IMG/VR virus record: IMGVR_UViG_3300031992_000051
Coordinates: 1 to 64,000 of that record
Reading direction: 5' to 3' (one strand)
Source: a virus
Lineage: Duplodnaviria > Caudoviricetes
DNA: 64,000 nt
Made by a program: the position numbers and the translations under genes. The notes beneath the pieces are model-generated. The model did not search any database, was not told where the DNA came from, and saw nothing but the letters and a program-made list of their open reading frames with translations. Positions 1 to 8,600 of this stretch are shown one piece after another. The stretch's first letter is position 1, and every line of letters begins with the position of its first letter.

Positions 1-151
1 CGCCGAGAAGCTGGTCGTCGACGGCTGGACGAAGAAGAAGGCCGACGAGGAGATCAAGAAGTGCCTCGAGCCCTTCATGAACGTCGGCGCGCCGAGCGTC
101 AGGTGGACGCAGAAGGCCGTGAAGCCGAAGGCCATCGACGGGGAGTTCTGA
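1..151 (+). CDS. 3' end of a truncated hypothetical protein (...KAIDGEF*)
   Basis: Frame 2 is open from base 2 to TGA 149-151 with typical codon usage; TGATG overlap with the next gene. Confidence 0.7.
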   Translation, partial: AEKLVVDGWTKKKADEEIKKCLEPFMNVGAPSVRWTQKAVKPKAIDGEF

Positions 152-522
152 TGACCGCGACGCTGACATTCATGCTGATGCTGCTCGCGCACCTCGTGGC
201 GGACTACACGCTGCAAGGATGGCTCGCGGACGGCAAGCAGAAGAAGTGGTGGCAGAAGTGCTTCGGGGGCGGGGTGCCCCCGAAGTACTCGCACGACTAC
301 GTGACGGCGCTCGTCTGCCATGCGCTCTACTGGTCGCTGGCGGTGTGCGCCCCGCTGTGGTGGTCGCCGCTGCTCGGGCCGGCCGTCATCGCGAATACGG
401 TGATCCACGCCTGGGTCGACGACCTGAAGGCGAACAAGATGAAGATCAACCTGACGCAGGACCAGCTGCTGCACTTGTTGCAGATAGTTGCGACCTTCGT
501 CGCGCTATGGAGTATGAAGTAA
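151..522 (+). CDS. DUF3307-like membrane protein
   Basis: LLAHLVADYTLQ...H...HAWVDDLK...DQLLH motifs with hydrophobic segments; start moved to ATG 151. Confidence 0.75.
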   Translation: MTATLTFMLMLLAHLVADYTLQGWLADGKQKKWWQKCFGGGVPPKYSHDYVTALVCHALYWSLAVCAPLWWSPLLGPAVIANTVIHAWVDDLKANKMKINLTQDQLLHLLQIVATFVALWSMK

Positions 523-839
523 TGCCGAACGAATACGAACTGATGCCGAAGTACGACGCCCGCAAGTCCTTCTACGGGAAGGCGCGGGTGCGCGTGGACG
601 ACGACGGGAACAGGTTCCTGATCAGCTACGGGACGCCCGTCATGTGGTGGGACGCGAAGACGAAGAACCTGCACAGGCTGATCGCGGGCTGGACGGACCC
701 GAACGGCAAGTACGTCACGTGGTCGAGCACCACGGGGCGCCATGTCACCGAGTTCTCCCGCCAGATGGCGGGCTGCGCCGCAGTCACGAAGAAGGAGTGG
801 GACAAGATGGAGGTCGAGGAGCTTCCGCACCCGCTGTGA
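522..839 (+). CDS. Conserved phage hypothetical protein
   Basis: TAATG overlap; pattern RKSFYGKA...LISYGTPV...WSSTTGRHV recalled from small phage proteins. Confidence 0.7.
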   Translation: MPNEYELMPKYDARKSFYGKARVRVDDDGNRFLISYGTPVMWWDAKTKNLHRLIAGWTDPNGKYVTWSSTTGRHVTEFSRQMAGCAAVTKKEWDKMEVEELPHPL

Positions 840-850
840 CAATCCATGTC

Positions 851-875
851 TCCCGGGGCCGGGTGGCCCCGGGGA
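851..875 (+). other. GC-rich stem-loop upstream of the SSB-like gene
   Basis: CCCGGGGCC-GGGT-GGCCCCGGG; no U-tract, so possibly an mRNA stabiliser or processing site. Confidence 0.45.
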
Positions 876-906
876 CCAAACACAAAGAGAAACCAAAGGA
901 AAGAAG

Positions 907-1902
907 ATGAACAAGAAAGCAAATGCCGCCGAGGCGGCGAACGTGAACGACAGCGAAGAGGTCGTGGACGCCAAGTCCACGCAGGTCGCGACGGTGGAAT
1001 CGACCGCCGTCTCGACGGAGGTGCGGGTGCAGGGGGTCCAGCTGGACTTCCCGTTCATCCGCATCGGCCAGGGCATGAGCCAGTGGCGCACCGCGGAGAC
1101 GAAGAACGGCAAGCCCGAGGAGGGCGCCTTCTACGTCGGCCGCTCGAAGGACCAGAACGTGAAGATCGCCGAGTCCGGCAAGGACGGCGGCATCTACGGC
1201 ATCATCCTCGACAAGGTCGACGGGTTCAAGGAGGACCGCCCGTACTCGCCCGGCAACAACGTGGCGCCCCGCCGCTGGATCGTCGGGCAGCAGGACGCGG
1301 ACGGCAAGCCCATGTCCGAGGAGGCGTGCCTCACGGCGGCCGCGGCGGAGGGCTTCTCCCTTGCGCTCAAGCCGACGGGCGAGGTGTGGCCCGATTCGGG
1401 ACGCCCGAAGATGCGGGCGAACCTGGGGCGGTTCTGCTACCTCCTCATGCTGGTGCCCGTCCCCGAGACCCTCGAGAGCGACGACCTGCGCGTCTACCCG
1501 ATCGGCGACCGCCTGTACACGACGGCGCGGATGGAGTTCGACAAGCAGTACTTCAAGTCGCTCGACCAGACGCTCGGGAACATCAAGTCCCGCGCCGACT
1601 TCGCGTTCATGCAGGAGCAGAAGAAGCTGCTGCGCGAGGGGAAGACCGACGCCGAGGGGTACAAGAAGGCGCTCGCCGGCCACCGCTGGTCGGTGAACGG
1701 CCTCGTGTGCCACATCTACTCCTGCGAGGCCACGAACAAGGCCGGCATCGCGTACACGACGCACGCCTTCGAGCGCGCGATGCGCGACGGGAAGCCCTGG
1801 GAGTTCACGGACGAGGAGAAGGCGGACTTCACCGCGTTCCTCATGTCGGCCAAGGCCGGAGCGGCCTCGATGGACGACGTGGAGGGCGACGGGGAGTTCT
1901 GA
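907..1902 (+). CDS. Putative phage single-stranded DNA-binding protein
   Basis: Located near PolA; N-terminal LDFPFIRIGQGMS...GAFY pattern; acidic tail ending in Phe (MDDVEGDGEF); AAGGA RBS before ATG 907. Confidence 0.6.
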   Translation: MNKKANAAEAANVNDSEEVVDAKSTQVATVESTAVSTEVRVQGVQLDFPFIRIGQGMSQWRTAETKNGKPEEGAFYVGRSKDQNVKIAESGKDGGIYGIILDKVDGFKEDRPYSPGNNVAPRRWIVGQQDADGKPMSEEACLTAAAAEGFSLALKPTGEVWPDSGRPKMRANLGRFCYLLMLVPVPETLESDDLRVYPIGDRLYTTARMEFDKQYFKSLDQTLGNIKSRADFAFMQEQKKLLREGKTDAEGYKKALAGHRWSVNGLVCHIYSCEATNKAGIAYTTHAFERAMRDGKPWEFTDEEKADFTAFLMSAKAGAASMDDVEGDGEF

Positions 1903-1926
1903 TCCCCTCGACGGCCTCCGCCCGGA

Positions 1927-1970
1927 CCCTCTCTATCCGAAAGGATAGAGGGGGTTTTATTTTTTCTTTT
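1927..1970 (+). terminator. Rho-independent terminator
   Basis: CCCTCTCTATCC-GAAA-GGATAGAGGGGG followed by a long T-rich tract. Confidence 0.85.
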
Positions 1971-1974
1971 TGCG

Positions 1975-2008
1975 CTTGACGCCGACGGCGGAGATATGAT
2001 ACAATACG
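1975..2008 (+). promoter_or_regulatory. Class I promoter, copy 1 (sigma70-like with extended -10)
   Basis: TTGACG-N18-TACAAT with TGn; matches the 34-bp motif CTTGACRCCG-N4-CGGNGATATGATACAATAYG. Confidence 0.85.
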
Positions 2009-2013
2009 CGCCC

Positions 2014-2475
2014 ATGAGGAAAGAAAAGATAGACGGAAAGACGGTCGTCGTCCACGAGCGGGGCGACGGCATACGGCGGAGGTTCCGGGAGAGCCTCGCC
2101 GACATCAGGTGGACGTACCCGAGGAAGGGCCTCGTCCACCATCCGAGGGAGTGGTTCCTCTCGCAGAGGCCGATGGCGCGCCCGGTGTTCGGGGTGTACG
2201 CGATGGCCTCCTTCGCCGAGGACATGCTGTGGCGGGCGAAGAACGCGAAGAAGGGTTCGAGGCCGACGGTCGAGGACGCGATGAGGTACTTCGCCGAGAC
2301 GAGGCGGGCCTTGCAGAACACGCTCTCGACGTACCGCATCGACAGGAGGCTGACGACGGCGCAGGCAAGGTCGCTGCGTCGCGTCGTCGGGCGCCTCGTC
2401 GAGGGCGCGAGGGAGCTCGTCGGAAAAATGAAGAAAGTCTCCGAGGCCCACTTGACACCGGCCCCGGTGATATGA
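2014..2475 (+). CDS. Basic hypothetical protein
   Basis: ORF directly downstream of the promoter. ATG 2014 chosen because ATG 1996 lies inside the promoter; the mRNA is probably near-leaderless. Confidence 0.65.
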   Translation: MRKEKIDGKTVVVHERGDGIRRRFRESLADIRWTYPRKGLVHHPREWFLSQRPMARPVFGVYAMASFAEDMLWRAKNAKKGSRPTVEDAMRYFAETRRALQNTLSTYRIDRRLTTAQARSLRRVVGRLVEGARELVGKMKKVSEAHLTPAPVI

Positions 2476-2484
2476 TACAATATG
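2451..2484 (+). promoter_or_regulatory. Class I promoter, copy 2
   Basis: CTTGACACCGGCCCCGGTGATATGATACAATATG. Confidence 0.85.
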
Positions 2485-2513
2485 CGGCGTTTTGCAAACA
2501 CAAGGAGACAACT

Positions 2514-2747
2514 ATGTCTGAAAAGAAAGCGCGTCACTTCCACGCGGGTAAACTTCGGAAGGAGATAGACGGCGTCGAGTACGTCGAGGTTGCCGAGAGC
2601 AAGGGCAAGGTGTTCGTGGCGGACACCGGCATGGTCCTTCGCAACGGAAAGTTGACGAAGGGGCACGACAATGGGCACGGCTATCGGATTCGCAAGGCTG
2701 GCGGCATGCGTTGGCGTTTCGCGAAGAAGGAGGACGCCAATGTTTGA
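2514..2747 (+). pseudogene. Internally deleted NUMOD4/HNH/NUMOD1-type homing endonuclease remnant (77 aa, frame intact)
   Basis: AAGGAG RBS. NUMOD4-like VEVAESKGKVFVADTGMV...DNGHGY is joined directly to a NUMOD1-like end RKAGGMRWRF, with no HNH core. Confidence 0.55.
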
Positions 2748-4830
2748 CGACTCAACATGCGTGTCCTGGGATTTTGAATCTTTCTATGCGTCCGATTATT
2801 CGCTCGCGAAGATGCCGACGTGGCAGTACTGCGCGGACGAGCGGTTCGACCCGTACCTTCTCGCGATCTGCGGACGGCAGATATTCGACGATGGGATCGT
2901 GGACGCGGAGAACGGCAAGACCGCGACGGTGTTTGACAAGAACGGCTCGATGTTCCGTCTGCTCGAGGACGGGCGGCAGCTGTTTGTCGGCCGCCCCGAG
3001 AACTTCAAGTTCTACGAGAACATGAAGGGACGCATCATCGCGATGCACAACGCAAGCTACGATGAAGTGGCGACGTTGGCCTGCATAAAGCGCGGTCTGA
3101 TACCGGCCGTCATAAAGGACGAGTGCAAGTTCGTTTGTACCGCCGACCTCTCCGCGTTCCTCATGGCCCCGCGCAATCTCAAGGGCGCGATGAAGGAGCT
3201 GTTCGGCAAGGAGATCTCGAAGGAGGTCCGCGCCGCGATGCTGAACCGCCACGACTACGACTTGACCCGTGAGGAGTACCACGCGCTCGTCGAATACGGT
3301 GGAAGCGATGCGGTCGAGTGTCTGGACATCTGGGGAACCTATGCTCACGAGTGGCCGTACCTCGAGCGCCGCGTCTCCGAGCTGAACCGCGAGTCGACGA
3401 TACGCGGCATCCGCCTCGACCTCGAGTACGTGAAGGCGTCGAAGAAGGAGCTGGAGCGATACCTCGCCGAGCTGACCGCCGACATCCCGTGGGCCCCGGA
3501 GAAGCCCGTGGGTTCGCTCGCGGCCCTTCGCCAGGCCGTGATCGCGCTTGGCATCGACCCGCCCGAGTCGTTCCGCAAGGACGACCCGCGCTTCCTGCGG
3601 TGGCTCGAGACGCACGACAACCTCCCGTTCATAAAGGCGAGGCAGAAGGCGGCGTCCGTCACCGTGAACCTCGCGCGCGTCAAGTCGATGCTCGACACGG
3701 TCGACCCCGACGGGCGCTCGCATCCGGCGTTCATGTACGGCGGCGCGCATACGCTTCGCTTCTCCGGCAGGGCCGAGAGCGGCGGGAACGTGAATCTGCT
3801 CAACTTGCCGCGCAAGCCCGTCATGCAGGGCGACGAGCACATCTTCGGCGGGAAGGGCGTCGACATCCGCGGCATGTACATCCCCGATCCCGGATGCAAG
3901 TTCGCGGTCTTCGACTACGCACAGATCGAGTCGAGGTTCGCCCTGTGGCTCGTGGACGACACGCACATGATGGAGGCCATGAAGACCGAGGGGAACCTGT
4001 ACGTTGCGAACGCCGTGCGCATGGGCTGGTGCAAGTCGGGCGACAAGATCAAGAAGACGAACCCCGACCTGTACCGCCTCGCGAAGTGCTGCGTGCTCGG
4101 CCTCGGCTACGGCATGGGGGCGGCGAAGTTCGTCGACTCGTGCAAGGCGCAGGGCCTCGACCTTCCGTCCATGCCGATCGAGAAGTGGCCGGAGATCGAC
4201 CGCCGCCTCACCTTCATCATCCGCAACGTCGCCCGCATCAAGGGAGACCCGTTCGCCGAGTGCAACAGGGCGCGCGTCGGACAGCTGCTCGAGTCGCTCC
4301 GCATCGTCACCGACTGGCGCAACGCGAACTCGAAGATCGTCGCGAAGTGGAGGGAGTACGAGGAGGTGTTCAAGCAGCGCATCGCCGCGGGCAAGGACAC
4401 GGTCGCCATCCGTCTCCCGGGCGGGCGCATCAAGCGGTACTTCCATCCGCACCTCTGCAAGGAGGAGACGATCGAGATCGACGAGAACGGCAAGGAACAT
4501 CCGTCCTTCCGCATCGCGATCAAGGCGACGGTCGTGCGCGGCAATCCCCCGGTGTTCCTGAACGGCGGAGCGATCATGGAGAACATCATCCAGAGCGCGT
4601 GCCGCGACATACTCATGAACGCCATCGTCGAGATCGCGGACACGCACCCGACGTGGAAGTACGTCTTCAACGTGTACGACGAGTGCATCTTCCAGATACC
4701 CGAGTCCGACATAGACGAGGCGCAGGTTGAGATACCCCGCATCATGACGCACGGCGACAGGATCAAGGACTGGACTGAGGGCCTTATGCTCGAGGTGGAA
4801 GGAGATATATGCGACCGCTACCACAAGTAG
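2740..4830 (+). CDS. DNA polymerase family A with 3'-5' exonuclease domain
   Basis: ExoI WDFES, ExoII HNASYD, ExoIII YGGSD; motif A DYAQIESR, motif B RLAKCCVLGLGYG, motif C VYDE; GGAGG RBS before ATG 2740. Confidence 0.95.
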   Translation: MFDDSTCVSWDFESFYASDYSLAKMPTWQYCADERFDPYLLAICGRQIFDDGIVDAENGKTATVFDKNGSMFRLLEDGRQLFVGRPENFKFYENMKGRIIAMHNASYDEVATLACIKRGLIPAVIKDECKFVCTADLSAFLMAPRNLKGAMKELFGKEISKEVRAAMLNRHDYDLTREEYHALVEYGGSDAVECLDIWGTYAHEWPYLERRVSELNRESTIRGIRLDLEYVKASKKELERYLAELTADIPWAPEKPVGSLAALRQAVIALGIDPPESFRKDDPRFLRWLETHDNLPFIKARQKAASVTVNLARVKSMLDTVDPDGRSHPAFMYGGAHTLRFSGRAESGGNVNLLNLPRKPVMQGDEHIFGGKGVDIRGMYIPDPGCKFAVFDYAQIESRFALWLVDDTHMMEAMKTEGNLYVANAVRMGWCKSGDKIKKTNPDLYRLAKCCVLGLGYGMGAAKFVDSCKAQGLDLPSMPIEKWPEIDRRLTFIIRNVARIKGDPFAECNRARVGQLLESLRIVTDWRNANSKIVAKWREYEEVFKQRIAAGKDTVAIRLPGGRIKRYFHPHLCKEETIEIDENGKEHPSFRIAIKATVVRGNPPVFLNGGAIMENIIQSACRDILMNAIVEIADTHPTWKYVFNVYDECIFQIPESDIDEAQVEIPRIMTHGDRIKDWTEGLMLEVEGDICDRYHK

Positions 4831-4844
4831 GCGAGAACCTCCCC

Positions 4845-5060
4845 ATGGTCATCAAGCCCGACCATCTTCGCAACGACCCGCCGGGATGCTTCGCCCGCCG
4901 CATCCTCCCGACCGTGGAGCAGGCCGCCGTCCTGCCGGCCGTGCCCGTCTTCGTGGTCGTGAACAACGGGGAAAAGGTGGTCAGCATCCCGGTCCACGAG
5001 GCCAAGTTCGACAGCGCCAACGGCGGCGCGCTGTTCATCGTCGCGGAGGTGGAGCCATGA
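4845..5060 (+). CDS. Hypothetical protein
   Basis: Fills the gap after the polymerase; ATGA overlap with the next ORF. Confidence 0.55.
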   Translation: MVIKPDHLRNDPPGCFARRILPTVEQAAVLPAVPVFVVVNNGEKVVSIPVHEAKFDSANGGALFIVAEVEP

Positions 5061-5242
5061 CACATGCCGAGTGCAAGTGGTTCAACATCGACTCGTGCGA
5101 ACGCGAGTTCGGCCCCGGGAACCCATGCAAGCGTGTCGACCCGAAGGGCCCGGCGTGCGGGCATTTCAAGAAGGCCACCGGTTTCGAGTGCATGGCGGTC
5201 CGGCCGCGTGACTGCGAGCTGTTGGTGGAGGGCAAGCGATGA
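5057..5242 (+). CDS. Small Cys-rich hypothetical protein
   Basis: GGAGG RBS, ATGA overlaps at both ends, six Cys in 61 aa. Confidence 0.6.
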   Translation: MTHAECKWFNIDSCEREFGPGNPCKRVDPKGPACGHFKKATGFECMAVRPRDCELLVEGKR

Positions 5243-7584
5243 AGTTCTTCTGTCTCCCCAACCTCGCCACGGACCACGTGTCCGTGAGCGAGGAGCCGTG
5301 GAAGGAGTTCCCGGTCGACGCCGCCGTGCTCGCCCTGCCAAAGGACGAGTATAAGAAGCGCTGGCTATCGCCGGACACGAAGCACTGCCTCGTGTCCCTG
5401 TGCGAGGGCCAGAACCCGGCGTACACCGTCTCGCAGGGCAACCAGTGCGCGATGATACACGGGTTCCTCGCCGACTACGACGGCGTGTTCACCCCGGACG
5501 TGATCGACGCCGCGAGGAAGAAACCGCCGTCCCGGTTCCTCCCGAGGTGGTGGAGCGTCTCGCAGTCCGGGGGCCTGCACCTCGTCTGGACGTTCGACCG
5601 CCCGATCGCGGTCGCCGGGAACGCCCACGCCTCCGAGCTCCTGCACGTCATCGCCGCGAAGATAAAGGCCGTCCGGTGGGGAGTCGGGTACGACCCCGAC
5701 TCCGAGAAGCCGACGCAGGTCATGGACGTCGGCCGCGAGTGGCACGAGTTCAGCGCGACGGGCCGGATCCCCACCGAGGAGATCATCGTGTGGGACGCGG
5801 ACCTCTTCAAGACCAAGGCGAAGAAGATGGTGGACGAGGTGGTCGACATCCCGTTCGACGTCGTCGCCGCCGAGATACGAAAGCGCGAGTGGCCGCACCC
5901 GGTCCCCGACCGGATCGAGATCGGCACACGCTGCGTCCGCTTCTGGGACGCGAGCGCCGACAACCACAGCGGCGCGCAGTTCACGAAGGACGGCATCCGC
6001 GTCTACACGCCGCACGACGGAGGCTGGGTCAGCTGGAAGCGCCTCCTCGGCGCCGAGTTCTGCGAGCAGTACACGGCGAAGTCGATGGCCCCGTTCTTCG
6101 AGGACACCTGGTACTGCCACACGAAGGACGAGTTCTGGCGCTTCTTCAGGAACGACACGCCCGTCCACTTCGAGAAGCGGACCGAGAAGGTGCTCCGGCG
6201 CGACCTCATCGCCGAGGCGAAGCTCGCGTCGAAGCCGGGGAAGGGCGAGGACATGTCGGAGCTCGACCGGGCCCTCTACACGATAACGAGGCGGAACGTG
6301 GTGGACGTGGTCGCCCCGGTCATCTACCGTCCTGCCGGGAAGATACGGGTGAGCGGGGTCGGGTCCGTTCTCAACACGTCGCTCATCACGGTCGTCAAGC
6401 CCGCGCCCCGGCTCGCGTTCGTCACGCCCGAGGACATGGAGAAGGTCGAGTGCCCCGAGCGCTTCAAGAAGGACCCGTCGCTCTGCGAGTGGGACAACCC
6501 GTTCGCCGTCTCCGGGTTCCCGCACATCCACCACTACATGACCGCGATGTTCATGCGCGGGCAGGAGCGGTACGACCAGTGGGCGGCCGAGGGCTTCCCG
6601 CTCCACCGTCCGAGCGACGGCCAGCCGTTCGAGCACCTCAAGGACCCGCAGCTCGTCCACCTCGTCTCGTGGCTCTCGCACTTCTACTGGAACGCGGCCA
6701 AGATGTCCGAGGTCCCCTCCCCCGGCACGGTGCTCATCCTTGCCGGGCCGACCGGGATAGGCAAGTCGTTCTTCGCGACGGAACTGCTGGGCCGTCTCAT
6801 GGGCGGCTGGGACTACGCCGACAAGATGTACCTCGAAGGGTCGAGGTTCAACTCCGAGACGGTGAAGAAGCCGGTCCACGTCATCGACGACAAGTTGGGA
6901 AGCAAGACGCACCGCGACCGCCTGAAGTTCACCGAGGCGCTCAAGGTCGTCGCGGCGAACGGGCGCGTCCGGTGCGAGGCGAAATTCGGCTCGGCGGTCG
7001 AGGGCCTCCCCTGGCCCGGCCGCGTCGTCATCCTCTCGAACGTGGACTCGCAGTCCCTGTCGGTCCTTCCCGACCTTGACATGTCGACGCGCGACAAGTT
7101 CACCATGCTGCGGCTCGGCGGGGCGAAGTACTCCTTCGGCACCACGGACGAGAACCAGGCGTGGCTCTCCGAGGAGCTCCCGGCGTTCGCGCGGTTCCTG
7201 CTCGGGTGGAAGATACCCGCCGAGATAAGGGACGAGCGCTTCGGCGTCAAGGCCGTCCAGCACTCCGACATGGCGCAGGCGTCCGCCGAGAACGGGCTCA
7301 CGCAGATTCTCGTCGACGTGCTCGACGCGTGCATCGAGGAGACGACGGGGACGAAGGACGACGCGGACAGGTCGGACGCCGAGGGCTTCGTCGTCGAGGG
7401 CCCGGCCGTCAAGGTGTTCAAGTGGATCAAGTCCGTGGACGACGCGCTCGCCCGCGAGGTGATCGACTCCCGGACGCTGCACCAGAACCTGCTGACGCTC
7501 CACAAGAGCGGCGGCTACAACATCAGGTACGACGAGCGGCTGCACCGCTGGTCGATACCGTACGTGCTGAGGAGGCAGAAGTGA
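5239..7584 (+). CDS. Primase-helicase (AEP/prim-pol-like N-terminus plus P-loop NTPase)
   Basis: N-terminal ADYD and SQSGGLHLVW primase motifs; Walker A GPTGIGKS, Walker B VIDD, sensor ILSN. Confidence 0.85.
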   Translation: MKFFCLPNLATDHVSVSEEPWKEFPVDAAVLALPKDEYKKRWLSPDTKHCLVSLCEGQNPAYTVSQGNQCAMIHGFLADYDGVFTPDVIDAARKKPPSRFLPRWWSVSQSGGLHLVWTFDRPIAVAGNAHASELLHVIAAKIKAVRWGVGYDPDSEKPTQVMDVGREWHEFSATGRIPTEEIIVWDADLFKTKAKKMVDEVVDIPFDVVAAEIRKREWPHPVPDRIEIGTRCVRFWDASADNHSGAQFTKDGIRVYTPHDGGWVSWKRLLGAEFCEQYTAKSMAPFFEDTWYCHTKDEFWRFFRNDTPVHFEKRTEKVLRRDLIAEAKLASKPGKGEDMSELDRALYTITRRNVVDVVAPVIYRPAGKIRVSGVGSVLNTSLITVVKPAPRLAFVTPEDMEKVECPERFKKDPSLCEWDNPFAVSGFPHIHHYMTAMFMRGQERYDQWAAEGFPLHRPSDGQPFEHLKDPQLVHLVSWLSHFYWNAAKMSEVPSPGTVLILAGPTGIGKSFFATELLGRLMGGWDYADKMYLEGSRFNSETVKKPVHVIDDKLGSKTHRDRLKFTEALKVVAANGRVRCEAKFGSAVEGLPWPGRVVILSNVDSQSLSVLPDLDMSTRDKFTMLRLGGAKYSFGTTDENQAWLSEELPAFARFLLGWKIPAEIRDERFGVKAVQHSDMAQASAENGLTQILVDVLDACIEETTGTKDDADRSDAEGFVVEGPAVKVFKWIKSVDDALAREVIDSRTLHQNLLTLHKSGGYNIRYDERLHRWSIPYVLRRQK

Positions 7585-7787
7585 CAACGAAATCAGACGG
7601 GCCGGAAACCGGTTCGGGCCCGATGTCGACTATGTCGAGGCGGTGCTGTTCCGTATGCGGCCGGGAAGCGGACGAGCTGCGTCCGGTTCGCGTCGAGATG
7701 CCCGGCGGGGGCGGCTACGTGTATGGATGCCACAGGTGTCCCGAAGTAATCGACATGCGGTCGCCCGGAGTGAGGGGGCAGAAATGA
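7581..7787 (+). CDS. Small Zn-ribbon-like protein
   Basis: GTGA overlap; CSVC...CHRC. Confidence 0.5.
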   Translation: MTTKSDGPETGSGPMSTMSRRCCSVCGREADELRPVRVEMPGGGGYVYGCHRCPEVIDMRSPGVRGQK

Positions 7788-7987
7788 CGAAGAAGGAAGT
7801 GGCGAAGCAGTGGCGCTCGCTTCTGTCGCGGGCGATACGCAGCCTGCCGGACATCGAGTACAGGTGCGCCGACGCGCACGAGGACTTCACGACGCAGGTC
7901 GAGCGCGACCACGAGGCCCCGGCCTTCCGCGGGGAGCTCGGGGCCCTCCACACCATAGAGCTCACCGCAGAGGAGGAGCCGTCATGA
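7784..7987 (+). CDS. Hypothetical protein
   Basis: ATGA overlaps and GAGG RBS. Confidence 0.55.
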   Translation: MTKKEVAKQWRSLLSRAIRSLPDIEYRCADAHEDFTTQVERDHEAPAFRGELGALHTIELTAEEEPS

Positions 7988-8133
7988 ACGAGGCGCAGGA
8001 GTGGGCGGCGTACGTCGCCCGGGTGAACGCGGTCGAGGCGGCGAAGGCCGCGTCGAAAAAATCTTCCGAAAATCCGACTTCGGCACTTGACGCCGAGGTC
8101 GGGGATATGATACAATACGGGGCAAAGGCATGA
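7984..8133 (+). CDS. Hypothetical protein overlapping a promoter
   Basis: GAGGAG RBS; ATGA overlaps at both ends. Confidence 0.45.
   Translation: MNEAQEWAAYVARVNAVEAAKAASKKSSENPTSALDAEVGDMIQYGAKA
8086..8119 (+). promoter_or_regulatory. Class I promoter, copy 3
   Basis: CTTGACGCCGAGGTCGGGGATATGATACAATACG, with upstream A-tracts. Confidence 0.85.
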
Positions 8134-8600
8134 AAGTGTTCATAGGCATAGATCCTGGAGCGAAAGGCAGCCTGGCCGTTTTGGCCGAGGCCGCCACGCC
8201 GCCCATGTACCACGTGGAGCTGGTCCCGTGGTCTGACGACCTTGTGCCGTACATCGAGGCCCTCAAGGCCAAGGAAGGGCCGGACTGGCAGGTGTCGTGC
8301 GCGCTCGAGCACGTCGGCGCGATGCCCGGCCAGGGCGTGACGAGCATGTTCAACTTCGGCAAGGTGTTCGGAGAGGTCATCGGGGTGTTGACGACGCTCA
8401 AGGTCCCCTTTGAACTCGTGCGCCCGCAGCGATGGCAAAAGGAGTTCGGGATTTCGGGCGACAAGTCCGAACACATCGCCGCGTGCAAACGGCTTTTCCC
8501 GTACGTTTCGCTGTTGCGGACGCCGCGATGCAAAAAAGATGACGACGGACATGCCGACGCTTTGCTGCTCGCGGAGTGGTCGAGGAGGCACCATGGATAA
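8130..8600 (+). CDS. RuvC-like Holliday junction resolvase
   Basis: IGIDPG, LEHVGAMPGQGVTSMFNFG, DGHADALLLA catalytic motifs. Confidence 0.9.
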   Translation: MKVFIGIDPGAKGSLAVLAEAATPPMYHVELVPWSDDLVPYIEALKAKEGPDWQVSCALEHVGAMPGQGVTSMFNFGKVFGEVIGVLTTLKVPFELVRPQRWQKEFGISGDKSEHIAACKRLFPYVSLLRTPRCKKDDDGHADALLLAEWSRRHHG

